A DNA stretch of 64,000 nucleotides from Octopus vulgaris (taxonomy: Eukaryota). This document shows positions 49,201-63,092 of this stretch, in pieces. The position numbers were made by a program, and so were the translations under genes. Positions within the stretch are counted from its first letter, which is position 1. Every line of letters starts with the position of its first letter. The notes under the pieces are model-generated. The model did not search any database. It saw nothing but the letters and a program-made list of their open reading frames with translations, and had not been told where the DNA came from. The stretch is from positions 3,472,001-3,536,000 of the forward strand of contig OX597842.1 of NCBI GenBank assembly GCA_951406725.2. Reading direction: 5' to 3'.

Positions 49201-49591
49201 TGCCCTTATTTGTAAATATACAATTGTATCGTATAATGCGTAGCATGCATATCAGCGCAGACATGTAAACATAATGTATTATATACTAAAATTATAGTTA
49301 CATGACGAAGGCTGCGAAACGGCCGTAACCCTAAGCATGACTAAATGAATATATTCACCTCTCATACCTTCTGACTTGTGGTATATATTCCGCTTCAGTA
49401 TGTAATATTAATATGAATATATTATAAACTGACTTGGTACCATTTGACTGCCTGTTTATGCTATTGTTCCGTTATACATACAACCACTCGATAGATGCGT
49501 TGGCTAGAGCCAATCTTTATTTAGGTAAGTATCATATCCCTGCACCTAAAACTAGAGTTTAGGCACAAATTCGAACTGAGCACTCACGGTA

Positions 49592-49996
49592 TACTCTTAC
49601 TCTTTACTCTTTTACTTGTTTCAGTCATTTGACTGCGGCCATGCTGGAGCACCGCCTTTAGTCGAGCAAATCGACCCCGGGACTTATTCTTTGTAGGCCC
49701 AGTACTTATTCTATCGGTCTCTTTTGCCGAACCGCTAAGTGACGGGGACGTAAACACACCAGCATCGGTTGTCAAGCAATGCTAGGGGGACAAATACAGA
49801 CACACAAACACATACATATATATACATATATACGACGGGTTTCTTTCAGTTTCCGTCTGCCAAATCCACTCACAAGGCTTTGGTCGGCCCGGGGCTATAG
49901 CAGAAGACACTTGGCGAAGATGCCACGTAGTGGGACTGAACCCGGAACCATGTGGTTGGTTAGCAAGCTACTTACCACACAGCCACTCCTGCGCCT
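49592..49996 (-). mobile_element. SINE family A, full length
   Basis: Consensus match. Confidence 0.93.
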
Positions 49997-50060
49997 ATGT
50001 ATATTATCATATGTAACTAACCAGTTTATTATTAAGCTGTTTCTCAGTGGATTGGGAAAA

Positions 50061-50098
50061 AAATCGATTTTCGGATTTTATTGGATTCTCATCAGAAG
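50061..50098 (-). ncRNA. Degenerate type I hammerhead motif (tandem copy 1)
   Basis: Minus strand: CTGATGA-GAATCCAATAAAATCC-GAAA-ATCGAT-TT; the 3' strand of helix I is lost. Confidence 0.6.
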
Positions 50099-50334
50099 AG
50101 TCTACATCAATTTGATCAATCCCAGAGGAACAAGGACCCAATCTATTTATATAATCAACATTTAGCATAGCTACAGAAAACTGGGGTTACTAAGTGCTAA
50201 CATTATTTTTAAACAACATAGGCCTAGGTCAATAAGGTTTTTTATGCACACAGTATCAAATGATAAAATTTAAGTAACCTATATAGTACTTTTATAAACA
50301 GAGCTAATTAAGCTTCTATCAGTATTTTTTTTTT

Positions 50335-50498
50335 GCGCAGGAGTGGCTGTGTGGTAAGTAGCTTCCTTACGAACCACATGGTTCCGGGTTCAGTCCCACT
50401 GCGTGGCATCTTGAGCAAGTGTCTTCTAGTGTAGCCTTGGGCCGACCAATGCCTTGTGAGTGGATTTGGTAGACGGAAACTGAAAGAAGTCCGTCGTA

Positions 50499-50564
<66 letters not shown>

Positions 50565-50777
50565 TGTGTGTGTGGTCTGTGTCTGTGTTTGTCCCCCCAA
50601 CATTGCTTGACAACCGATGATGGTGTGTTTACGTCCCCGTAACTTAGCGGTTCGGCAAAAGAGACCGAAAGAATAAGTACTAGGCTTACAAAGAATAAGT
50701 CCTGGGGTCGATTAGCTCGACTATAGGCAGTGCTCCAGCATGGCCGCAGTGAAACAACTGAAACAAGTAAAAGAGTA
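50335..50777 (+). mobile_element. SINE family A inserted between two hammerhead-bearing repeats
   Basis: Consensus match. Confidence 0.92.
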
Positions 50778-50778
50778 A

Positions 50779-50821
50779 ACCTTAATCGATTTTCTAATCT
50801 TACTGGATTCTCATCAGAGGT
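50779..50821 (-). ncRNA. Type I hammerhead motif, near intact (tandem copy 2)
   Basis: Minus strand: ACCT-CTGATGA-GAATC-CAGTAA-GATTA-GAAA-ATCGAT-TA-AGGT; only the helix II closing pair is mismatched. Confidence 0.75.
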
Positions 50822-51329
50822 GTCTGCATCACTTTGAACAATCCCAGAGAAAGAAGCCAAGTGGTTTATATACTCAATAATTACAATAACTACAAAAAAT
50901 TGGGGCTAATAATTTGAATACCGTAAGTGTTAACCCCCTTGTTTTTAAATACCAGGGGTTTCTCAACAGGGATTTTTGTCCGTCATTTGATACCGTATCA
51001 CCCACAACTTTGCTGAAAAGAGAAAACGAACAGAGAACTACGTGTTTCACTTGCTTGAAATAGTTTGAAGTGAGGAGAGAAAAACACCAGGACCGGATTT
51101 AGGCGAATCTTGAGCGGAGGCGACAACAAGAACCAGGAACCTACTTTAGATGAGTTTGTGTGTGGTGGTTGAGGACTTGTAGTACTTGAAGCACGCAGCA
51201 GGACAGGACCTCTTCACACAGTAGAAAGGATTAACCCTACAGAAAGATCACCATTCATCACTATAAAATGTCTCTTGCTGTCTAACACAGACACAGTTTT
51301 GATAATATTTTGATAATATCAATTCGTCA

Positions 51330-51420
51330 TTTAATCCCATTCGATGTAGTCCTCTTCGGAAACCATATTCTTCATCCAGTGTCTGTTCCATTGATGGAAG
51401 CATTCCTGGAACTTCTTGAT
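51330..51420 (-). pseudogene. Mariner transposase C-terminal relic
   Basis: FQECFHQWNRHWMKNMVSEEDYIEWD resembles FQ.CF..W..RW.KC....GDYFEGD. Confidence 0.65.
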
Positions 51421-51704
51421 AGCGAACAGCTGCCTTGTCTCATTCTCTTGGGTTTCTCACAATTCATCACCTGTTATGACTGTTTTCAAAACGTTTTCGT
51501 CTTCTTCGGAACCCCTAGGGAGATCCTGTGCAAAGAAAACCCGATCTCCTTTTCGAGATGACCACACTCTCCATACTTTACTCCCGAGCTATAAACAACG
51601 GAAGTGAATAGAACCTTATAACATAGTGTGCATGTATGACAGAGTTCAAGGTCAATCTGTGCAACAATCCTGATGCATTTTGATTAGATTCATACAAGAG
51701 CATT

Positions 51705-51910
51705 CTTTTCTTTTCTACTCTAGGCACAATGCCCAAAACTTTTAGGGAGGGGCCAGTCGATTAGATCGACCCCAGTACGCAATTGGTGCTTAATATTATC
51801 GACCCCGAAAACATGAAAAACAAAGTCGACCTCGGCGGAATTTGAACTCAGAACTTAAAAACAGACGAAATACCACTAAGCATTTCGTCTGGCGTGCTAA
51901 CGTTTCTGCC
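51705..51910 (-). mobile_element. SINE family B (tail type 2) with 15-bp TSD
   Basis: tcatacaagagcatt at 51690-51704 and 51911-51925. Confidence 0.9.
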
Positions 51911-52412
51911 TCATACAAGAGCATTGAAATAGGTTTCGACATCTAGGACGAACTAGCACGCATGCGTCTGGCGACTACGCTAACCTCCCCTCTGCGCATC
52001 TAAACTAAGATTACGTGGCCTCATTTCGCAGGCAGTCTTGGAAATATACGAATTGCAAAGATGCGGCCTTAAAATGTAAATAGATGTTTGAATTGAAAAT
52101 TTAGTGTTATACCTCGAAGAATTAAGAAAATCATGTTATACTTTGATATAATATTTAGAGCAGTTTATAAAACCAATGTTTTATAATAAAATGTTTGCTC
52201 TATACATTGTGAAATAGGGTGTTTATAATATAATATAATATAATATAATATAATATAATATATGCTTAACAACATTTCTTCCGATATTACGTTGAGTTCA
52301 GATGCCGCTGAGGTAAACTTATCCCCACCTTCGTTAATTGTGGGCTTTGTGCCAAAATTTACAACCAATGTAATATAATATAATATAATATAATATAATA
52401 TAATATAATATA

Positions 52413-52461
<49 letters not shown>

Positions 52462-52554
52462 CAACAATTGAGGGTAAAATTAATTAATTATTAATCAATT
52501 TCACCAAGTGTTCAGTATGCAAAGGGACCATTTAAGCGAATTCAAATTATTACA

Positions 52555-52730
52555 TTATATAAAGGGCTTAGTAAAATAAATTACTTTGATATGAACTCAT
52601 TAGAAATAGCAGCTAAAAAACTTTTTTAAAACTATTTCATATAATATAATATAAGTATTAGAAATAGTTTTTAAAAAGTTTTTTAGCTGCTATTTCTAAT
52701 GAGTTCAGTATATAATTTATATAAGCCCTT

Positions 52731-52739
<9 letters not shown>
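52555..52739. repeat. Inverted repeat in a TA-flanked element
   Basis: tgaactcattagaaatagcagctaaaaaactttt... and its near-perfect reverse complement about 20 bp downstream; outer arms attatataaagggctta / taagccctttatataat. Confidence 0.85.
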
Positions 52740-52787
<48 letters not shown>

Positions 52788-53129
52788 TACAAAAGCAAAA
52801 GGCAAAACAAACAAACGGTGTTTAATATATGAAATTATGCTCATGTCACATAAATGCGAATTTAATGCACAGATTTGTAAATTACATTATTGAGTATTAA
52901 TTGAAACGGCTGTAAGAAGTAAAGATGACCACTTTGTTAATAATAAACAATTATTAACTTCCTTCACTGCATTTTCTTTTCTTCTTTTAACTGGATATAA
53001 ATTATATGCTTAATATATACTTATCATTTTACGGGAATTTCATTCCCCAATAATACTAGGTATTGAAACAGTATTTACTTGGATGTAGCCATCCCTTTAT
53101 ATACATAACATATCCTCTAATTATATTTT

Positions 53130-53216
<87 letters not shown>

Positions 53217-53282
53217 GGTCCCGGGTTGATTCGGGGTTAACCACAGTAAATAAGGTACTCAATACATAGCAGAGTAAAATTA

Positions 53283-53381
53283 ATTTATTATATAGAAGGA
53301 GCTTCTACAGGACTAGAACTGTTTCATTCAAGAGAAATCTTCATGAAACAGTTCTAGTCCTGTAGAAGCTCCTTCTATATA

Positions 53382-53387
<6 letters not shown>
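53283..53387. repeat. Perfect 45-bp inverted repeat with 15-nt spacer, containing a hammerhead 3' half
   Basis: Arms at 53283-53327 and 53343-53387; minus strand reads aTGAAGA-TTTC-TCTT-GAAT-GAAA-CAGTTCTAG-TC-CTGTAG. Confidence 0.9.
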
Positions 53388-53431
<44 letters not shown>

Positions 53432-53434
<3 letters not shown>

Positions 53435-53600
53435 CGCAGGAGTGGCTGTGTGGTAAGTAGCTTGCTTCCCAACTACATGGTCCCGAGTTCAGTCCCACTG
53501 CGTGGCATCTTGGGCAAGTGTCTTCTACTATAGCCTCGGGCCGACCAAAGCCTTGTAAGTGTATTTGGTAGACGGAAACTGAAAGAAGCCCGTTGTATAT
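53432..53600 (+). mobile_element. SINE family A 5' half
   Basis: Consensus match ending at the internal TA tract. Confidence 0.88.
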
Positions 53601-53802
53601 ATGCATTCTATAACCACCAAGGGTCAGAGAACCATGAACATGCACATCCCGTTTCCTGTTCAATGTTTTTGAGTGTTGTGGTACATGTATTCACATAATG
53701 AAAGCGTTTTGTTTTTCTAATGATGAATTGTGACCATTTATCAATTAAAAATTCGTTGGAAACAGCTGTAGTGAATTGACACATCTTACATCTGTTGCAT
53801 AC

Positions 53803-53835
<33 letters not shown>

Positions 53836-54092
53836 CGTACATTTACATATGTACATACGAACATACATGTGTGTGTATCCCCTGTGTGTGTGTGTGTGTG
53901 TACATACATGCATAGACACATATGATTAGGTATATATGAATAAGTACCAAAGCATATATTTGGGCAATACATGTATAATACTGCTGCGTATTTTAACATA
54001 TAGACATATGTTGCAGCTCAGATATATATCATATGTATACATACACACACACATATATATATATTTATATATACATTTATAGATATGTATGT

Positions 54093-54175
<83 letters not shown>

Positions 54176-54298
54176 CATATATATATTTGTGCATATGTAT
54201 ATATATTTGTATATATATATATATGTGTGTAGTATATATATATATATATGTATACATATATATATACATACATATATATATATATATGTATATATATT

Positions 54299-54340
<42 letters not shown>

Positions 54341-54700
54341 CGAGAAACTGAGAGGGAGAGAGATGCCGACAAACATATTCCTATCGCATTATCTCTCGCA
54401 CAATCTCTAATTCTCTTTCTACCACTCTCTCCTTCTCTCTCTCCCGCTTTCTCCCTTTTTCTCTCACTCTCTGTACTTCCTCTCTCTCTCTCTCTCCCTC
54501 TCACTTTCACTCATAAATCAGTTTTGCGATCTATCTATCTCTCTTTTTTCCTCTCTATTCTCTTCTCACACTTTTTTCTTCCTTTCCTTGTCTTTTTTTC
54601 CCAAGCTTTGAAAGACGAGTGTGGAATCCATCTTGATTTACATTGTTTATACAAGCGCTGTTCAACTTGTGAAACAAGAGCCGCCATGTTGGTTACTTAC

Positions 54701-54737
54701 AGGAGTCGGGCTGACGTTTCATTCTTAAAAGTGCCAT
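54701..54737 (-). CDS. Candidate first coding exon (MALLRMKRQPDS) of an unidentified gene
   Basis: A-rich leader, aaacATGG context, GTAAGT donor, and a YY1-like AACATGGCGGC just inside the intron; no homology recognised. Confidence 0.3.
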
Positions 54738-55256
54738 GTTTTTTTCTTTTGTTAGTTGTTATTTTTTGTTAGGGGCCGTTTTGTTTTTGTTTTTAGTCGG
54801 GTTTTTTTATCACCTTTTCCCTTTTTGTATGTATGTTTCCTCTCCTCTTTGCGTTCGAGTTCACACAAAACTTCTGCCATCAGATAAGCTTGCCAAAATA
54901 AGTTTTAACATGCTTTTATATGTATGTTTGTTTGTCTTTGTGTTTATCTATGTGTGTGTGTATGTGCATGTGTGTGTGTATGTGCATGTGTGTGTGTGTG
55001 AGTTACTTCGGGAGCGATTGTGTGTGCGAGATTTTTCGTGCTATTTTGTGTGCGTTTATGCGTGTATTCCGTTGTGTGATAACATGTATGAGTATGTGTG
55101 TGTGCGTGTTTATATGCAGGTGTGCGTCTGTGAGTGTGTTTATGTGTCGCGTGTATATATATATATATATATATATAAATCTATATATGTTTTTAGTATG
55201 TATATTTGCCGAAACCACATTACATTCAACATAGATACATACAAATATAAATATAC

Positions 55257-55327
<71 letters not shown>

Positions 55328-55709
55328 GAGACAGACAGAGACAGAGAGACGTACATACATACACAAATACATCCGTATATACACATATATATACACACAA
55401 ACTTACGTAAGTAAATATTTAGACAACTCCGTAAGCATATACGTTCCGTCTTATCTCTAGACATATTTGTATATGCCTATATATTTGTACTGGCTCATAT
55501 ACTTACCTATATATACACATATACGTTGATAAATACATACATACATACATACATACATACAAGCAGATATGAGTGTGTATGACTGTGGGTGGGGAGGGAA
55601 TGTATACATATATTTTTCTGTATGCGCAATCGTTACTTTCGTCTGATCATATCATATTTGTGTATATACACAATCAGAAATAGATAAAGTGTGTAATTAT
55701 TATCATTTA

Positions 55710-55776
<67 letters not shown>

Positions 55777-55791
55777 GTATGTATGTATATA

Positions 55792-55836
<45 letters not shown>

Positions 55837-55883
55837 ACAAAGTGTACGTACGCCGATATAAATATATATGTATATACATATAT

Positions 55884-55928
<45 letters not shown>

Positions 55929-56189
55929 CATACATACACATACATAAATATATAAATACACACACGCATGTATATATGAGGCCATATATACATATACATA
56001 AATACAGAGCTATATGTATTTATGTATACTTATAAAAATATATAAGTAGATGTATACGTATATATATATATGTGTGTGTGTGTGCGTATGTATACATATA
56101 TGTATATAGACACATATATATATACATATAAATATGTATATTTCTCTATCTGTCAATCAATACGCGTTTATATGTATATATATATAAAG

Positions 56190-56226
<37 letters not shown>

Positions 56227-56234
56227 ATTACTCA

Positions 56235-56275
<41 letters not shown>

Positions 56276-56762
56276 AAGTATATCTTTACATATATATCTA
56301 TACCTACATGTGTGTGTAGACGTTCACACATGTGCACACGTAATAATTTATTATATCTATTAATGTGTGGGTAGTTGCGTAATTAGGGAACTGTTTCGCT
56401 TCTATTAATCTATCTTTGCGGAGGAATTTTCTCATTTCCCGTTTCCTGGTTTAGAAATATATTAACAAAGCCCTGTCGTAAACCCAGCTACCATAATGCA
56501 AGGCATAGACTACCATCCGCCTAAAATACTCAAGCCAGGGATATCTCTTTACTTTAAGAATCAAATAGACTCTGATTTTATAAAGTAGATGAATACGTTA
56601 GTTAAAAACCCATAAAAAGAATATTTTTTTTTATTGTGCAGAACGACAAACTTAGTATAAATTACAAGAATGGCAACGAGAATGGAATAAGTTTTTAGTA
56701 TTATTAAACCAGAAACTTGCAGATTGCAGAACATATTTCAAACAGCCAGGGTAGTATATATG

Positions 56763-57266
<504 letters not shown>

Positions 57267-57330
57267 ATAATAATAATAATAACAATAATATATATATATA
57301 TACTTTATTAAAAGCAGCAGAAATATCACA

Positions 57331-57376
57331 AAAACTGTTACTCAGAGTTTCTCGTTCCTGTTCGTCGGATAGTTTT
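57331..57376 (-). ncRNA. Minimal hammerhead-like motif (variant core)
   Basis: Minus strand: AAAACTAT-CCGACGA-ACAGGAACGA-GAAA-CTCTGAG-TA-ACAGTTTT. Confidence 0.55.
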
Positions 57377-57629
57377 GTTAGAAATATACCATATTACTCT
57401 ACCTCTGGTATTTGAGTACTCTTTTTTCCACCTTGTCTCACATTCATGTGCTTACTCCGGTATATATATATATAGGCCCAGACGTAGCTGTGTAATAAGA
57501 AATTTTGTTCCCAACCACGTTTTCCAGGTTCAGTCCCACTGCGTGAAACCTTGGCCAAATATCTTCTGTTTTAGTCTTGTGAGTGGATTTGGTAGACGGA
57601 AACTGAAAGAAACCCGTCATATATATATG

Positions 57630-57694
<65 letters not shown>

Positions 57695-57700
<6 letters not shown>

Positions 57701-58678
57701 TCCCCAAAACAGAAAAATAGCTTTTAGCCAACACATAGATACTTGCGCCAACAAAAAAACACCAAACTTCAGAATTTTCCCCCTCTACCAATTTAGGGAC
57801 GATACAACCTCGAGACAAAGAATAAGTAAAGAAAATCTCTTTATTACAAAATACAAGCCACTTCTTAACGGGTCTACGACAAACAATTAATATACCTCAA
57901 CTTTAGAATAAAAGAAAAAAAATATATATACACACACAAATACTACACTCCATAGAATCCATTACTAATCAGCCCCTTCATAGCTATATTTACACCCATT
58001 CATATTCTCCCTTCTCTGTTTTTTTCTTCTTCTTCTTCTTCATCATCATCGTTATCATCATCATCGGCGTCATCATCATCACCACCATCATCACCACCAT
58101 CTTCTCCTTCTCCTTCTTCTTCTTCTTCTTCTTCTTCTTCTTCTTCTTCTTCTTCTTCTTCTTCTTCATCATCGTTATCATCATCATCGTCGTCATAATC
58201 ATCACCACCATCACCATCATCTTCTCCTTCTCCTTCTTCTTCTTCTTCTTCTTCTTCTCCACCCCCTACCCCTTAAGTTTGTCACTAATGTTTTTTAGTA
58301 TAACACCTACGCTAATTCTATAAACAATCCTGAATTGAACTGAGACTGCCAGCCGCCACTGACCATTCAAAATACGACCATCAGGGCACTCCCAGATTCT
58401 CCCACCCCCCTTTCCTCACCAGCCTTCCCTCTACTACCCTACCAAGAACTCACAACTACCTCGAACACACAAGTGCAAACAAGGGAGTCAGAGAAAGGCA
58501 GAATGCCACTTAAATCTGAACACTACTATAGAAATATTCTTTTAAAAAAACTTTTCTTCTAATTTTTCTAAATTTAATTATTTAATCGTTACAGTTGAAA
58601 AGGTCTCAAAATGACCGAAACCGGTACTGAAATGTTCACTATAAAATTATTTTAGCATTTTCTATTTTTTACTTGTTT

Positions 58679-58682
<4 letters not shown>
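57695..58682 (+). mobile_element. Penelope-like element 3' part (GIY-YIG C-terminus, pLTR-like region, degenerate hammerhead)
   Basis: FSQHIDTC...FRIFPLYQF...RISKENLFITKYKPLLN; at 58590-58631 CAG-TTGAAAA-GGTC-TCAAAAT-GACC-GAAA-CCGG-TA-CTG; (TA)n on both sides. Confidence 0.75.
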
Positions 58683-58732
<50 letters not shown>

Positions 58733-58735
<3 letters not shown>

Positions 58736-59130
58736 CGTAGGAGTGGCTGTGTGGTAAGTAGCTTGTTTACGAACCACATGGTTCCGGGTTGAGTCCCACT
58801 GTATGGCACCTTGGGCAAGTGTCTTCGACTATAGCCTCGAGCCGACCAAAGCCTTGTGAGTGGATTTGGTAGACGGAAACTGAAAGAAGCCCGTCGTATA
58901 TATGTATATATATATGTATGTGCGTGTTTGTGTATCTGTGTTTGTCCCCCCAACATCGCTTGACAACCGATGCTGGTGTGTTTACGCACCCGTAACTTAG
59001 CCGTTCGGCGAAAAAGAAACCGATAAAATAAGTACTAGGCTCACAAAGAATAAGTCCTGGGGTCGATTTGATCGACTAAAGGCGGTGCTGCAGCATGGCC
59101 ACAATCACATGACTGAAACAAGTAAAAGAG
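58733..59130 (+). mobile_element. SINE family A, full length
   Basis: Consensus match. Confidence 0.92.
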
Positions 59131-59157
59131 TGTATATATATATGTGTGTGTGTGTGT

Positions 59158-59198
<41 letters not shown>

Positions 59199-59271
59199 TG
59201 TGCGTATGTGTGTGTGTCAAAGTATGGGAAATTCTCAGTCTTATCATTAACGATGCGAAACTGAGTCATAC

Positions 59272-59400
59272 CATCTGAAGAATTAAGGACCTTCTGTGTT
59301 TGTCTCCCGTCCGGTTGTACACTCGGTATACGTTGTACGTTGTTTATCCTGTCGTTGTTTATTTGCAATACATTTTTCCTTTACACACACACACAGAACG
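59272..59400 (-). other. Candidate non-coding (5' UTR) exon
   Basis: Acceptor ttttctttctttcag and donor ATG|gtatga; stops in all three frames. Confidence 0.3.
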
Positions 59401-59766
59401 CTGAAAGAAAGAAAACAAAGAGACAAAGAACTATGAAAGCTTTTCTAATAACATAAATAGAAATAAAAAATAAACGACGCCATTACATCATCATCATCGT
59501 CGTCGTCATCGAAATCGTTGCCGGTTTCGTCGTTTTAACGTTTACTTATTCAGAGTGGAATGAATCAGATGAGAGTTGGTTGGGGCAGAGTTTTCAACGG
59601 CTGGATGCCCTCCTGCCGCCAACCTTCACTTGTATATATGTATTTGTTCTCATCCTTTTTTAAAATTTAGAATTAATTTCGACCGACTTCCTACTTGGTT
59701 GTGCTGGTTGTGCAGGACATCTCGTTTTATTTATCATCCTTGAAATCTTGAGGTTTTACAAATTTT

Positions 59767-60320
59767 GGATCTTTTCCTTTTGAACGGCAGATGTCAACAC
59801 AATTTCTAGTTAACTAAACACTTTTAAACTTCGTATACTGGTAGAATGTGTTTATAAAACATCTTGGTTTTATTGAGAAAATTCTATAGTTTGTAAGATA
59901 TTTCGTCTGAAAATCTGAGCATTTCGGCAATTTTAACCAATCGATTACCTCCATTGAACTAAAATCATTTGCTGCGTCTAAAACTGAGGCAAGATCCTGT
60001 AACTAACCCTAACCCTAATTTTTTTTTCTTAATGGTTAAATTAATTTAATTCCATTGCTTTAGTTTTCTTTACACGCGTAACAATTAAATTAATTTAACA
60101 ATTAAGAAAAAAAAATTAGGGTTAGGGTTAGGTTTAGGGTTAGTTACAGGGTGTTGTCTCAGTTTTAGACGCAGCAAATGATTTTAGCTCAAAAGAGAGC
60201 AGAGGATTGGTTAAAATTCAAAAAATTAAACTGTTTTATTTTGACACATTCTACCAGTATACGAAGTATTAAAGTGTTTAGTTAACTAGAAATTGTCTGC
60301 CGTTCAAAAGGAAAAGATCC
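59767..60320. mobile_element. Foldback MITE with GG...CC ends and 8-bp TSD (Merlin-like)
   Basis: ggatcttttcctttgaacggcaga...tctgccgttcaaaaggaaaagatcc; arms about 270 bp; caaatttt at 59759-59766 and 60321-60328; internal (TAACCC)/(GGGTTA) repeats. Confidence 0.88.
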
Positions 60321-60545
60321 CAAATTTTTCTGGACCCAGTTATGTTCATTTGTAGCATATGAATTAAGGAATTGCTTTCTTCTTCCCAACATCCCAAGCT
60401 CAGTCATATTATGGTGTAGACGAGTATCCTGAGTACTGGATTTGTAAACCTCTCATCAATGGTCCATAGATGTCCTCTTTCTCTCGTATTTTTCTAACTT
60501 TGTTGGTGTCCGGAGGGAAACTGATTTCCACCACATATCATATTA

Positions 60546-60964
60546 GGGCGGCGAACTGATAGAAACGTTAGCACGCCGGGCGAAATGCGTAGCCGTATTT
60601 CGTCTGCCGTTACGTTCTGAGTTCAGATTCCGCCGAGATCAACTTTGCCTTTCATCCTTTCGGGGTCGATAAATTAAGTACCAATTATGCACTGGGGTCG
60701 ATTTAATCGACTTAATCCCTTTGTCTGTCCTTGTTTGTCCCTTCTGTGTTTAGTCCCTTGTGGGTAGTAAAGAAATAGGTATTTCTTCTGCCGTTACGTT
60801 CTGAGTTCAAATTCCGCTGAGGTCGACTTTGCCTTTCATCCTTTCGGGGTCGCTAAATTAAATACCAGTGACGCACTGGGGTCGATTTAATCGACTTAAT
60901 CCCTTTGTCTGTCCTTGTTTGTCCCTTCTGTGTTTAGTCCCTTGTGGGCAATAAATAAATAAGA
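60546..60964 (+). mobile_element. SINE family B with tandemly repeated 3' portion
   Basis: Full copy at 60546-60777 immediately followed by a 5'-truncated copy at 60778-60964. Confidence 0.9.
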
Positions 60965-62282
60965 ACACTTTTTCCACACAACAATATCTGGCCGGTTGTG
61001 TTTTAACTTGGCGGCTGTTTTAATTTTTTTTTAATACGTATGTATATTGTCTTTTTTTTTTATCAATTAAATTTCTCCTCTGAGGAAGGAGCTGGTCCCT
61101 AACAAAGATACAAAGCTCCACCAATGGAATGTAGATAACAAAAACAATGTCACATTTTGAATCTGAGAAAAGACTTGCTTACTTTTACTGTTCCGCTTAC
61201 AGACTGCGTTGATTTCCTTTTCTGAAAATCCATATTTATGCAGACTGACACTTAGACACGTATCTATGTCATTATTCAGTTTATTTCAAGATTTCTTGCC
61301 AACAGAGAAAGAACCCGGTTTCTAACCTAGATCCAAGGTTCCTTCATTGGAATTTCAGCATCAGCAACAGGGTATCTTTGTATGTATGTATGTATGTATG
61401 TATGTATGTATGTATGTATGTATGTATGTATGTATGTATGCATGTATGTATGTATGTATATGCGCAGATGCATGTATTCTCATGCATAAAGTTGCATATC
61501 TAGACATGCTCATATATATTCAAATGATAAACTTCTGGAAAGTTTTACACATTTTTACAGTTCCAGTGATGGATTGCATCTGTAGTCTTCGAATTAGCTT
61601 TCTCTTTTCTGCTTTTTGAAAAACGTCATTTTTCAAGATTGGTAATTAGGCAGTGTGTGTACCTATCCCAGGGCCCCAGTGATTACAGGTATAAACCTGT
61701 ATGTATGTATGTATGTATGTATGTATGTATGTATGTATGTATGTATGTATGTGTGTATTTATGTATGTGGTAGGTAGGTAGGTAGGTAGGTAGGTAGGTA
61801 GGTATGTACGTATGTAGGTAAGTAGAAGTACCAACCAAAAGTTTAGAAACCTAAACAAATGCTAGACCTGCTGAAAATAGCAACCAAATGTCTCTCAAAT
61901 CACACCACAGGCAGACTTTCTCTTCTATGCTAGAGAACTTCTATTCCAAGAAGAAAACGGCAAAGATATTCAAACCACGATGAAAAACGCCCAGATGGCT
62001 GGCTGGCTCGTTTTAAGCGCCAACATATAAAGAAGCCAGTAAGCCCTTGACGTTTGCAGGCTTCCATAGTTCTGTGGTATAAACAGCGCGAAAGACAAGT
62101 GATATATACAGCCGTAAAGATATCAATCTGTTTATATAGCCAAGGTGGCGGTGACGGGATAGCGATGGCGGCGGTGGTGGTTGGCGGGATGTGAATCGGT
62201 TTCTCTTTTTTGTACTGTAAGATTGTAAACGACTTTGACACTATCACATACAAATACATTAAGATATACGTATGTATATATG

Positions 62283-62348
<66 letters not shown>

Positions 62349-62353
62349 CACAC

Positions 62354-62422
<69 letters not shown>

Positions 62423-62476
62423 TATATACATACACATATATATATACATATATATATATGTATATACATATTATAT

Positions 62477-62517
<41 letters not shown>

Positions 62518-62530
62518 TATATACATACAC

Positions 62531-62565
<35 letters not shown>

Positions 62566-62570
62566 CATAT

Positions 62571-62635
<65 letters not shown>

Positions 62636-62718
62636 CTGTGTGTGTACCTGGACGTATGTATGTATATATACTGTATATGTGTATGCATTCATACATACAT
62701 ATGTACATATATATAAAT

Positions 62719-62778
<60 letters not shown>

Positions 62779-63092
62779 CGGTGTCTTATTTATGTTTGTC
62801 TACCAGATACACACCCACATAGACGTTAGTGTTTGTCAAACATTTGATTGCTACACACCACCAGAAACACTAGAACCACCACCACAACAACCACCAACAC
62901 AGCTACCACCACCATCGTCATTATCAGCAGCGTCATCATCATCTTCCTCTTATTATGATTGCATCGTCTTTGTATATATGTATATATATATATATATTTA
63001 ATTTTATTTGTTAGGGAATCAAAATTCCGGCATAACAGGGGTTCAAATTAAAATATAGTTTATAGTATCAAACTATGAGAAAGTGATATAGA

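Noticed and set aside
53327-53335. TTCAAGAGA, the common synthetic shRNA loop, inside the perfect hairpin
   Set aside because: The spacer is 15 nt, the arms are 45 bp, and there is no Pol III promoter or vector sequence; the bases are explained by hammerhead stem II.
59255-59290. GAAAC-TGA-GTC...CTGAAGA as a permuted hammerhead
   Set aside because: Helix I is only 2 bp and there is no credible helix II.
60000-60145. Telomere or chromosome-fusion site
   Set aside because: Only a few units, located inside the arms of a TSD-flanked MITE.
61930-62230. Non-repetitive C-terminal part of the 252-aa minus-strand ORF as a protein
   Set aside because: No recognisable domain; the ORF starts within microsatellite sequence.
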